64,000 bases of DNA. Origin: the human T2T-CHM13v2.0 reference genome, Homo sapiens. A program made the translations under genes and the position numbers. This document shows, in pieces, positions 13,256 through 25,956 of this stretch (positions are counted from its first letter, which is position 1; every line of letters begins with the position of its first letter). The notes below the pieces were generated by a model, which saw only the letters and a list, made by a program, of their open reading frames with translations, had not been told where the DNA came from and ran no database searches. Location: the NCBI RefSeq assembly GCF_009914755.1, contig NC_060933.1. One strand, 5' to 3'.

Positions 13256-14050
13256 AAGCACATACTCTGTGCTAGGCTGTCTTCTAGACCTTGTGTTTCT
13301 CTGCAGATGTTACTTGCCAGTGAATTTGCTTCCAGCTGGTTGGGTGCCCTGTGGTGATAATGAGCAAATTTTTCTGAGCAGTCTAGACCTATAAAGCTCA
13401 TTTCTGTTTTGAGTGTTCATTTTTATTTGCATATCTGTTGAAATGACACATTATTTGGAAGGCTGAAGAAATTTAATAATCACTTGTTTAGTGATATTTC
13501 CAAGTCATGACATTAAACTCCTTACATATTCTAGTCATCTATACTTTTTGACATTCATGGTATCCACAAGGAAAAAACACCTTGTAGAGGTTTAAAAACA
13601 TTTATGTTTTTAAAGAACAGTTATATTTAACCTCTCCTACTTAGCATTTCATAAGCTGGATTTCTTCTATGAAATGTGAAACTTTAAACTGGAAGAAATT
13701 TCAACCCATCTGTGAAAAGGAAACAGATTTTTATTTATTGAGGCCTTAGAAACAAAGTAGCCCCTTTACTTTTAAGTAATAGCATAGTTAAGTAGAAAGT
13801 ACTGGGCATATAAAACATTAACATAACAGTTAATAAAATGTGCTCTTTTGGGTCTTTGTCCAAAAGTAACTAAATCATCCAAAATTCAAACCTGTAATTT
13901 TTTTTTACAAGATTCATATGATCAGTGTTTTGTTGTCATCATCTTTATCATTGATGAAAATGAGAGAGAGCTGGAGTAGTCAGTAGTAAAAGGGCAGTGG
14001 ACAGAGAAAGGATTGAAACAAGTGGACAAATGGAGGAATGAACCATTTTT

Positions 14051-15014
14051 TTCAAATCCAAAAGCCAAATCAAATTGGACAGCCAGATATACGTAGCAAG
14101 CAAAGGGCAGAGCCAGGGCTAGAACCCGGACTGCCCTACCAGTGCTCTTCCATGACACTGCGTTGTGAGAATAGTCTGGTCTCACTGTATTGCAATGGAC
14201 TATTTGGATTTCTCTCTTCTGAATGCACCCAAAGCAAGGTTGAATGTTTGTTCATAGATTAATCTATTTAACCAGTTTCCTATTTTAAAAATCAATAGAA
14301 AAGGGTCACTGAAGTGGCAGAAAATAAATTGCAGAGCGAACTTCTGGGCTAGAGGTTGGACCAGCAGAGTCTACTTCCCAGGTGCACCCAAAGGGTCTTC
14401 CCCACCAAAAGGAAAACCAGTGTGGCATGAAGGATCACATAGGGTTCCCTCAACTTTGATTTACTCTGTTTTTGTGCCAGGTTTGCCCACAGTTCATATG
14501 CTCCCAACAGTGGATCAAAGGGCTTGTACTACCTGGAATTCCCTCTTCCTGAATCCATCCTAACACACCCCCACCTAGTAATATATTGGAGCTGACATCT
14601 ACCAGCTTGGGAGTACTAATTGTCAAATATTCAGGAATTTAATCGCGAGAGTAGGGCAGGGAACTAGTTATTGAGAGCAGCTACCAGAGGAAAGATTTTA
14701 GGATCAAAAATAATTTTTTTAGGATCAAAATATTTTTAAGGAAAATAATATTAACCTCAAGAAAATGGTGACCTTTTTTGGTTACAATTTAAGGAGCTGA
14801 TTTTAAAAATAGGGGACTGGTTAAATAGATTACTCTGTGAACAAACATTCAACCTTGCATTGGCTGCATTGAGAAAAACAACCCAGACTATTCTCAGTGC
14901 AGTGTCATGGAAGAGCACTGGCAGGGCAGTCTGGGTTCCAGCCCTGGCTCTGCCCTTTGCTTGCTTATACATATCTGGCTCTCCAACTAGATAGTGACAG
15001 CTTTTGGATTTGAA
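14051..15014. repeat. Long inverted repeat: arms ~14051-14309 and ~14768-15014
   Basis: Collinear reverse-complement blocks, roughly 85-90% identical by eye. Confidence 0.9.
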
Positions 15015-15795
15015 GTTCTCTTGAGACCCTGTCAACTCCAGTATGCTGACATGTTCTTTGCATCTTTGAGGTTATGGTAGATCCTCACCTCAGCACCCCT
15101 ATAGTTTTGACCTATTCTTGACTAACATGAGTAGGGGAGGGAGAGGGAGCAGTTATATGGGGGCACATTGGGTGTGGTATTGGTAAGCAGGTCAAAAGAG
15201 GCTCCATAGGAGTGAATACGAACCCTCAGTTACCTCCAAAAGTCAGAAAGTTACCTTTCAAAAGTCAGATGGCAGACTTTTGAAAGACTTAAAAATTGAC
15301 TAGCTAAGACTTCAAGACAGGCTGACGTAAGAAATGAAGAAACTATTAAGTTAATCCTATAACTCATTATGTGTATGTCCTAAGCCCTCTCAGACTAATC
15401 AGCAGTATTAAAGTGGTAAAAAGATAGAGTTACATATAGTAAATTTAGGAGTCATTCATCAAAGAGGGAGATATGATCAGTCTATTAAATCATGATAGGT
15501 GTAACAGAATTTATTCATCAAATGCTGGTATACTGGAATGAAGGAACATTCTTTTGAACCTTAAAATGGGTAAAGAGGCAAGATGGTATTAACACTAAAG
15601 TGTTAGTGGTTAATGGTAATTTTCACATGATGCTGCCATGTGAAAATAGAAAAGATTAGTTCAACAAATTCAGGTAAACTTAGGCACAAAAGGTCTATTA
15701 ATGAACATCAAGAGAAATAAGAGATGCTTGAAGAACATCTCTGAACTCTGGATGTGACATCAAGGGAAGCAACTGTGCCGTTTTCCTTTTTCTTC

Positions 15796-16177
15796 AGGTA
15801 TTGGGAGACTTTTTCTGTAAGGGGCCAGACAGCAAATATTTTAGGCTTGGAGATCATTCACTCTCTGTTTATTCAACTTTGCCATAGAAGTGTGCTTAGC
15901 GTGAGGTAGCCATATAAAATATCTAAATAAGCCGGCATGCACCCATAGTCGCAGGTACTTGGGAGGCAGCAGAGTGGAGGCCAACCTGGGCAACATAGCA
16001 AAACCCTGTGTCTTAAAAAAAATTTTTTAATTTAAAAAAGTAGGTAAATGAAAAAAATAATTAAAATTTTAAAAGTATGTAACTGAATGGGCATGTCTGT
16101 CTTCCAATAAAAACTTTATTTCCAAAAACAGGTGGCAGGCAAGATTTGGCTTGTGTGCCATAGTTTGCCAGCCCCTG
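15796..16177 (+). mobile_element. MER58A-like hAT element interrupted by an Alu-monomer fragment
   Basis: TTTTCTGTAAGGGGCCAGACAGCAAATATTTTAGGC ... CCATAGTTTGCCAGCCCCTG. Confidence 0.8.
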
Positions 16178-16409
16178 TTGTGAGTAAAAGCTATTGTCCA
16201 TAAGTATTTCCCCTTTCTAGGCCTTGGCCTCTGACTTCTATTAAATAAGGAAGTTGGACTAGATGATTTCTCACATTTCGCAGGTTTTATCTCCTTTAGT
16301 AGTACCTCTCCCTGAAGCTAAGTGATCCACAGGCTGAACCACAGTGACATTTATTTGTAAAGTCAGTTTTTTAAACATCCAGGTTGAACAAATGTATAAG
16401 TCTCTAGAG

Positions 16410-16629
16410 CAGAGTTTATCAGTCTTGGCACCACTGGCATTTTGGTCTGGATAATCTTTTGCGGGAGGGAGACTGTCCTGTGCAGTGTAGGATGCTTAGC
16501 AGTGTGCCTGGCCTCTACTCACCAGATGCCAGTAGCACTCCCCACCCCTCAGTTGTGATAACCAAAAATGTCTCCAGGCGCTGCCAAATGTACCATGGGA
16601 AGCAAAATCACCCCTAGTTGAAAACCACT
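16410..16629 (-). mobile_element. MER20 (hAT-Charlie)
   Basis: CTGTCCTGTGCAGTGTAGGATGCTTAGCAG ... CCAAAAATGTCTCCAG ... GCAAAATCACCCC. Confidence 0.85.
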
Positions 16630-16845
16630 TCTGTGGAAAGTTCAAAAATAACTAGAAAAATATCAAATACTAGAAAATCAGGCCATGCAACCCAAGATAG
16701 CCACCAAGTTATCAAACATATTTATTCAGGTACAAGGTCAAAAAAAGCCAAACCAAAGGGAACAAAGATCTTATTAGAAGGAAAAGAGCAATGAGAATTG
16801 CATTCATCCAGTCAAAGAGGGCTAGAAAGTTGGTAGCCGACTACC

Positions 16846-17188
<343 letters not shown>

Positions 17189-18599
17189 TGGTAGCTGACT
17201 ACTTTTTAATATTGATTTAGATCATTTTAAAAGTGTTCCTGAGTCCAGTGAATCCATTTAAATAGAGAGTTATCTATAATGCATAACTGAAAAGTCACAC
17301 TAAAAGAAGGAAACATGAATGAAGAGAGATATAAACAAGATCATTGTTAATGAACACTAAGAATATTTACTTTTTCACTCCTGTTATATTGCTTGATGGA
17401 GTCTCTAGCAGAAAGAATTCATACTGGGTGAATTGAGGAACCCTTATCTATGAGGCCCAGGGTTTTCTGTTTTATTTTGCTTTAAATTGTTAAATCAAGT
17501 GTGGCATATTCCTACAATGGAATATTATTTAGCAGAGAAAATGAATGAATACAGCTTCACACAGCTACATAGAGGGATCTTTGAAGCTAGGTTTTAAATG
17601 CCAATAGCTGATCCTTTAACAAATCCCCATCACCTAGCCAGCTTGCAATATGGCTGCAATTAAAAGCCAAAATCGTCTCGTTTCAACAATAAGGGTGTGC
17701 TTGATTTCCTTCTGCCTGTAATTTATGCCCATATTATTTCTTTTAGGAAGTAATTATCCTCCCATTGTGATTGATTATTATTCATAGCTGACAAGCCCTA
17801 AATATCCAAATGGCTTTGTATAAGTTTTTCATTTTTGTCTTGTTTTGGGTTTTATTTTCTTTACATTGACTTTAATACAGGGTGGTGTTTTCTGAACAAT
17901 AATCTAAGCACTCTAGAGACACTAATTATAGTCTCAAACTCGCTTTTGACTTTTTCTATTACCTGGGGCGGGTCTCTTTTACCCTGCTGAGGAAACAGTT
18001 TCTTCATCTGTAAAATGATAGATTCCCAAACTCTGGTCCCAGGATGGCTATAAAAAAACTGTATTTCAAGTCTTGTTTAAAATTTAGATTTCTGTGCCTC
18101 ACCCCTAGATTCTGAATCTGTAGTCTAGGGTAAGGTCTAGGAAACTCAGATGATTCCAGTGTACAGCCATGTTTGAGAACAAGTAGAGATAATGTCTAAA
18201 ATCCTTTCAAATCTAAAATGCAGTGGTTACATGAAATATATATTTCCCTAGATGTCATTTATTAGATTATTTTCTGGAAAGTTTTTATATCCTGCAAGGA
18301 ATAATTAAGATTAATACATTGTAGCCCCTCCCACACACTTACAGCTTTACATAAACTTGGTTTGCTATAACTGGTCAGCTTATGGCTCCAAGTAGTCATC
18401 TTGATCCTGATATATGTTGGAAGATGGTTTCCCTTTTTACCAGAATATCATTTCATAACTTCTGTGTTTTCAGTCTTGGATTTAGGGAAGAATTAAATAG
18501 TTTTAATATCATGATTTCCATGTAACCATAAAGTGGAATTAAATTACAAATTCTCTCTGGTTGTTAATTTCTGTTTATTTGTTTTTCTTCAATTTACAG

Positions 18600-18633
18600 A
18601 ATGCTCTTTTCAGTTGCATTAGCAGAAATGAAA
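18600..18633 (+). CDS. RECK: RECK exon 7 (34 nt; NALFSCISRNE)
   Basis: tttacag|AAT, GAAA|gtaagt. Confidence 0.96.
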
Positions 18634-19533
18634 GTAAGTATATTTGTCAATGGTTGTACAAACAGTCCAAAGATATAATTAGCCATCTGAAGCAATGTGC
18701 ACAGCAGGATTCCGATAGGCTCTTTCCCATGGTGTATTTAGGTCATTCATGTATTATAACAATTCCCATGTCTTAACTGTAGATCTACAATGCAGATACT
18801 AAAGCTCAGTGTGCTAGAGGATGATCACAACCCAATAAATAGGCCCATTTTCAGAAGTTAAGTACACCCATGCTATATAATGTAGCACTTGCCGAGTGCT
18901 ACGTCTCAGTTCATTCAACAGACGTTGATTGAGTACTTGGTCAGTGTGGGGCAGACACACATCTGTGGAGGACACGACCTGTACACAAAGAATGCTGGGA
19001 TATGGTAGGATATGAGATAGTGTCACTGGATAAAGTGCTCCAGGAGTTCAGAGAAAGAAGGGATCATATTCTGCAGGGGTACTTAGAGGTGGCTTCATGG
19101 AGTTGGTAGCTGATCCCGGGCATGAAGGATGGGTAAGATGTGAACAGTGGAGAATGAAGGAAATGGAGATTGGAGGAAGGGCTTACAGGTGAAGGGAACA
19201 GTGAGAGCAGACAGACATGGGAAAACACATGTAAGGAACAAAGAGTTCTTTAGCTCAGCAGGAAAGTATATTGAAGGATAATAAGAAACATTTGCTGTCT
19301 GTAATTTATCTTCTATCCTTTCTAACTGAGGCTTAGTTCAAGATTTTCCAGGTAGTCTCAGGCATGTAATCTTATGTCCTCCCACACTGGTGAAAAAGCC
19401 AGCTGAATGGAGGAATCAGAAGATAGGCATCTTGTCCTGTTCCTATGTGTCTGTTCTTATATGTCCTCACCATTCCCCACCACCACCCCCAATGTATCCT
19501 CACTGAGGTTTACAGTGATAAATGCAGCCATTA

Positions 19534-19911
<378 letters not shown>

Positions 19912-20143
19912 TTAAAAGAGGCGGTACAGTAGGTATGGAATAGTTTCCTGGTCTGGGAAACTGAGACTTGTCCTATATCAGTTCAGTCCTAGTTCAGTTT
20001 CTTTGGTTATGACTTTATTATTATCATTATCATTATTTCTGGAAGTCACCAGAATCCCTGCTCATGGGTCTTTGGAATTCACCAGAAACCTGATTCTGGT
20101 TCCTCCATATCTATCCCTAATAATTATCAAGAATTTCCTCCCT

Positions 20144-20147
<4 letters not shown>

Positions 20148-20185
<38 letters not shown>

Positions 20186-20453
20186 TTTTTCTTTTTGAGA
20201 CAAGATTTGGCTGTGTTGCTGAGGCTAGAGTGTGGTGGCGAGATCTTGGCTTACTGCAACCTCCGCCTCCTGGGCTCAAACCATCCTTCTACCTCAACCT
20301 CCCTAGTAGTTGGGACCACAGGCACATGCCACTGCACCCAGCTAATTTTTGTATTTTAGGTATAGATGGGGTTTCAACATTTTGCCCAGGCTGGTCTCAA
20401 ACTCCTGGACTTCCAAAGTACTGGGATTATAGATGTGAGCCACAGCACCCGAC
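20148..20453 (-). mobile_element. AluJ-like preceded by (CT)n
   Basis: Alu motifs; (CT)n 20148-20183. Confidence 0.88.
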
Positions 20454-20967
20454 CCCCCTGCTTTCTCTTAACCTCTTCCTCCCATACCTCTACCTCTCCC
20501 TTCAGCCTCCCACAGACTCCCTTAGATTCCTGTGAGGGGTTCTTGTTCTTCTCCTTTACAGATCCCACATCTGCACCCCCAGCTACTCATCTAGCTCTCC
20601 CAAAATACCTTAAATGACAGCCCATTGATTTTTTAAATAAATAAATCCAGAGTAATATTTATTTCAAATGAGTTTTCTTTTCAGTGTTGAAGCAGGACAT
20701 ATCAATTGTGAGATGAAGTCTATCTCAATTTAGGCAAACTCTTACAGATAGATGTTCAAACTGTACAGAACTTTTGGGATTTTGTTTCAAGATATACAGT
20801 TATATAAATGTCAAATTTATTAAATGATCCTTACATCACTTAGTTTTTACTGGCCCTGTTTTATAAATGTGAGGGATTTGGGGTTTTGTTTTATTTTGGT
20901 TTGGTTTGGTTTTGCTTTGCTTTGTGTTTATAAACCTCTACAAATCTAACACAGAAAGACACTGCTT

Positions 20968-21135
20968 CACTGGTTTTCAACATGGGCACTCTTGGCATTT
21001 TGAGAGACAGTGTTTGTTGTCTGAGACTGTCCTATGCATTGCAAGACGTTTAGCAGCCCTAACCCTCATGTACTAAATGCCAGTCGTAGTCCAACTCCTT
21101 GTGGGGTGTGATACTGTTCCTGTGGAGAACCACTG
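20968..21135 (-). mobile_element. MER20-related fragment
   Basis: GACTGTCCTATGCATTGCAAGACGTTTAGCAG; GAGAACCACTG end. Confidence 0.55.
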
Positions 21136-21359
21136 GACTATAGACTGTAAGTTGATGATTAATGACTTTATTACACTAGTGAGCACTTGAATGTCCCCGT
21201 GAGTATACCTACAGAAGTGCCGATTTTAAGTGTTCATCGTCTGTGGCATGGTTTTATTTCTCAAATTTAGAAAGACATATTGTTCCATCATTATGATGAT
21301 GATTTAATGTTAACAAAAAGCTGTTTCCATGTCAGTGCCTTCTCTTTTTTTCTCCATAG

Positions 21360-21557
21360 TGGGCTCGGTTTGTTGCAGTTATGCAGGTCATCACACAAAC
21401 TGCCGAGAATACTGTCAAGCCATTTTTCGAACAGACTCTTCTCCTGGTCCATCTCAGATAAAAGCAGTGGAAAATTATTGCGCCTCTATTAGTCCACAAT
21501 TAATACATTGTGTGAACAATTATACTCAATCTTATCCAATGAGGAACCCAACGGATA
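21360..21557 (+). CDS. RECK: RECK exon 8 (198 nt; CC3 domain, MGSVCCSYAGHH...MRNPTD)
   Basis: ctccatag|TG, GATA|gtaagt; ORF 21329..21565 contains it. Confidence 0.97.
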
Positions 21558-22108
21558 GTAAGTAAAAGGGACATATTCTTCTCATTTCAATCTTTGGTAA
21601 AATCGTTTGTAAAAAGAAGTGATACGTTCTTGTAGATATCTGCAGTCTGGGTCATTTGAGAAATATCAGACTTCCTTTGGTATTTAGATTTGGCAGATTG
21701 AATAATATTGTCACAGCCAAAAGGGGCCAAGAAAGATGAAACTGTAGAGGGTATGAGGAAACAGGAATTCTCAATTCTGAGGGTGGGAGAGTTCACTGAT
21801 ATGGATTTTTTAGAGGGAAGTTGGGTAATGACCATTAGGATTTCAAATTATCATAAGCTTCTGATCTAGCAGTTCCATTTCTCAGAATTTATCTCATAAG
21901 AAAACTTATATAAATTTGCAAAAATAAATATATATGCATATAAACAATGTTCACTACAATGCTGGTATAATAGAGAAAAATGACAAACAACCCAAACATC
22001 CATCAATACAGCATTGATTAAAATTGATTAAGTAAATTACGGCATACCTATAGAATAATAACACTTGGCAACCAACAAAAAAAAAGGACTTCTTACGTAG
22101 AAGTCCAA

Positions 22109-23056
<948 letters not shown>

Positions 23057-23169
23057 TAGTGAAGTCCAAGATGTATTAAGCAAAAAAAAAGTAAATCACA
23101 GAACTAAAAATATAGTGTGATATATTTTTAGTTTATACCTAATTGTTTCACTTTATATATTTTCCACAG

Positions 23170-23210
23170 TGTTTGAATTTTTTGCCAATGAGCAATTATT
23201 ACTTTTGTAA
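23170..23210 (+). CDS. RECK: Alternative terminal exon after exon 8: adds MFEFFANEQLLLL*, giving a 225-aa short RECK
   Basis: tttccacag|TG acceptor in phase with exon 8; 13-aa tail agrees with my recollection of the described short isoform. Confidence 0.8.
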
Positions 23211-23260
23211 TTAAAAAGTCATAACAATGAGAAGAGAGCCTGATATCTTTTAAAAATTAG

Positions 23261-23370
23261 GGCCTCCTGATGAAGCTGCACCTGAAATGGCTCTTCAGAG
23301 TCTCCGCTTTGTACATCCTGGAATCCATTTTCTTCACCTAGAGGTGACCAGATTTATAAAAACTGACTGA
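23261..23370 (+). CDS. RECK: Alternative terminal exon acceptor: adds RPPDEAAPEMALQSLRFVHPGIHFLHLEVTRFIKTD*, giving a 248-aa isoform
   Basis: aattag|GG in phase; 36-codon frame; length agrees with the recalled RECK-B isoform. Confidence 0.8.
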
Positions 23371-23438
23371 TTGACCAAACTGACCAAAGACTGATTTATA
23401 AGATGTCAATGTTTTGATTTACACTGTGATATTGAAAG

Positions 23439-23727
23439 AGGCTCTGTGGCTTATGTCTGTAATCTCAGCGCTTTGTGATGCTGAGGCAGGAGAATTGCTT
23501 GAGGCCAAGAGTTTGAGACCAGCCTGGGTAACAAAGTGAGAACCCAGCTCTACAAAAAAATAATAATAATAATTAGCTGGGTGTGGTGACACACCCAGCT
23601 CCTCAGGAGGCTGATGCTGGAGGATCGCTTGAGCCCAAGAGTTCAAGGTTGCAGTGAGCCATCATCACTTCACTGCACTCCAGCCAGGGCAACAAAGCAA
23701 GACCCTGCCTCGGGGGGAAAAAAAAAG
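23439..23727 (+). mobile_element. AluJ-like, downstream of the 225/248-aa isoform stop codons
   Basis: Diverged Alu dimer. Confidence 0.88.
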
Positions 23728-23896
23728 ATGAAAAGAAAGAAAGACTTGTTTTTTGTAACTCAGTAGCAGTACTGTGTGCCTTGTTTGGCCACCATCTAAA
23801 TCAGAACTCTAATGGCTTTTGACATCCTTTGGTGTAGCTGTGTGGTCAAAATCAGAGGATGAAGCATTGCCCCAATAACCTTCATTTGTTTTAAAG

Positions 23897-23922
23897 GCAG
23901 ATCTGTGCTCTCTGACATTTAG
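23897..23922 (+). CDS. RECK: Alternative terminal exon acceptor: adds SRSVLSDI*, giving a 220-aa isoform
   Basis: ttgttttaaag|GC in phase; length agrees with a recalled 220-aa RECK variant. Confidence 0.6.
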
Positions 23923-24282
23923 TCTATACGAGATACTGCTGGAGCTAAGGAGATGGCAGCTCAATAAAAAAGCAGAAAGAGGTTTTAAGGGTAGAACAAC
24001 CGTCTCCATCTTTGCCAATACAGAGGAATCTGGAAAAGAAGGCGCCAAACAGATATGCACAGATTTCTTCCAAAGTCAGAGAAAACTACTTCAAAGAAGC
24101 CCTTCTGAATTCTGTAATATGGTTGAAAGTGTTTTTTTATTTCTGATTCTTTGAGAAAATTAAAGGCAGAGCCAAACTGATATCTTGTCAGAGTTCGCTA
24201 CTGTACTATTTATGTTACAACTTAGATTAATTAGCATAAGATATATAAAAGCTTTATGTGGTCCTGGAATGTAATGAAATAT

Positions 24283-24768
24283 TGTGTCTGGAATTGGTTC
24301 CTTCCGGTGGGTTCTTGGTCTCGCTGACTTCAAGAGTGAAGCCACAGACCTTCGCGTGAGTGTTACAGCTCTTAAAGGTGGCATCCAGAGTTGTTTGTTC
24401 CTCCCAGTGGGTTCGTGGTCTCGCTGACTTCAGGAGTGAAGCCGCAGACCTTCGCAGTGAGTGTTACAGCTCATGAAGGTAGTGCCGACCCAAAGAGTGA
24501 GCAGCAACAAGATTTATTGTGAAGAGTGAAAGAACAAAGCTTCCACAGCATGGAAAGGGACTGGAGCAGGTTGCCACTGCTGGCTCGGGTGGCCAGCTTT
24601 TATTCCCTTATTTGGCCCCGCCCACATCTGCTGATTGGTCCGTTTTACAGAGTGCTGATTGGTCTATTTTTACAGAGTGCTGATTGCTACCTTTACAAAC
24701 CTTTAGCTAGCCAGAAAAGTTCTCCAAGTCCCCACCTGACCCAGAGGCCCAGCCGGCTTCACCTCTCA
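24283..24768 (-). mobile_element. ERV9-family solo LTR (LTR12F-like), antisense to RECK
   Basis: Minus strand starts TGAGAGGTGAAGCC and ends CCAATTCCAGACACA; CCAAT boxes, GC box; 4-bp TSD ATAT (24279-82 / 24769-72). Confidence 0.9.
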
Positions 24769-25176
24769 ATATGGTGTTTGTGTTTGTTGCTATAAAAATT
24801 AGTCATTTCTCTCATGTCAAGAACATAATCCCTTTTAGGTAATTGTTTCTAGCAGGAAATAATTCCAGTTTCATCTACAATACCTTTTCTAGGAATATCA
24901 AATACCTCTCCTGTGAGGACTTCTTAGGTGTAGGATGGCCTTTCATTTTTGTAAGGATGGTGCTAAAGATCCCATGATTGGAGACAGTGGTGAATTCTGG
25001 TAATAGATACCTTGTCCACCTAAAGCTCCTCACCTTTTTGCTACACTGCAAAGTAATAGAGAATTTGGTAGGGCCTGTATTCTGCAAATACTGACATATA
25101 ACTAAGAGTAGTAATGGCTTCCACTACACTGCCATGTTCTGTGCTAAGCAGAGCATGACAAAAAAAGAAAAAAAAA

Positions 25177-25653
25177 ACATGCACACATATGTTTATTGCA
25201 GCACTATTCACAGTAGCAAAGACTTAGAACCAACCCAAATGCCCATCAGTGACAGACTGAATAAAGAAAATGTGGCACATCTACACCATGGAATACTATG
25301 CAGCCATAAAAAAGGATGAGTTCATGTCCTTTGCAGGGACATGGATGAAGCTGGAAACCATCATTCTCAGCAAACTAACACAAGAACAGAAAACAAAATA
25401 CTGCATGTTCTCACTCATAAGTGGGAGTTGAACTATGAGAACACATGGACACAGGGAGGGGAACATCACACACCAGGGCCTGTCAGGGAGTTGGGGGCTA
25501 GGGGAGGGATAGCATTAGGAGAAATACCTAATGTAGATGACAGGTTGATGGGTTCAGCAAACCACCATGGCATGTGTATACCTATGTAACAAATCTGCAC
25601 ATTCTGCACATGTATCCCAGAACTTAAAGTACAATAAAAACAAACAAAAAAAA
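25177..25653 (+). mobile_element. 5'-truncated L1PA 3' end (L1PA7-like) with poly(A) signal and tail
   Basis: L1 3' UTR motifs (GGAATACTATGCAGCCATAAAAAAGGATGAGTTCATGTCCTTTGCAGGGACATGGATGAAGCTGG), AATAAA at 25633, A tail. Confidence 0.92.
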
Positions 25654-25688
25654 CAGCTAATTAAGCCACTTATATTCTGAAAATGTAG

Positions 25689-25956
25689 GTTTATATTGCT
25701 GTGACAGAGCTGAAGACCATGCTTGCCAAAATGCCTGCAAGAGAATCCTGATGTCCAAGAAAACGGAAATGGAGATTGTTGATGGTCTCATCGAGGGTTG
25801 TAAGACCCAGCCCTTGCCTCAAGATCCTCTTTGGCAATGTTTTCTTGAAAGCTCACAATCTGTTCACCCTGGAGTCACTGTACACCCTCCTCCCTCTACA
25901 GGCCTCGATGGGGCTAAATTGCATTGTTGTTCTAAAGCAAACACTTCAACATGTAG
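25689..25956 (+). CDS. RECK: RECK exon 9 (268 nt; CC4 domain with the Wnt7-related residues P256/W261, start of CC5)
   Basis: aatgtag|GT, TAG|gttagt; SLYCCDRAEDHACQNAC...QPLPQDPLW...STC. Confidence 0.97.

Noticed and set aside
23901-24153. Longer open frame after a second AG at 23900, possibly a pseudogene or further terminal exon
   Set aside because: No recognisable protein similarity; the upstream AG at 23895-96 is the more plausible acceptor
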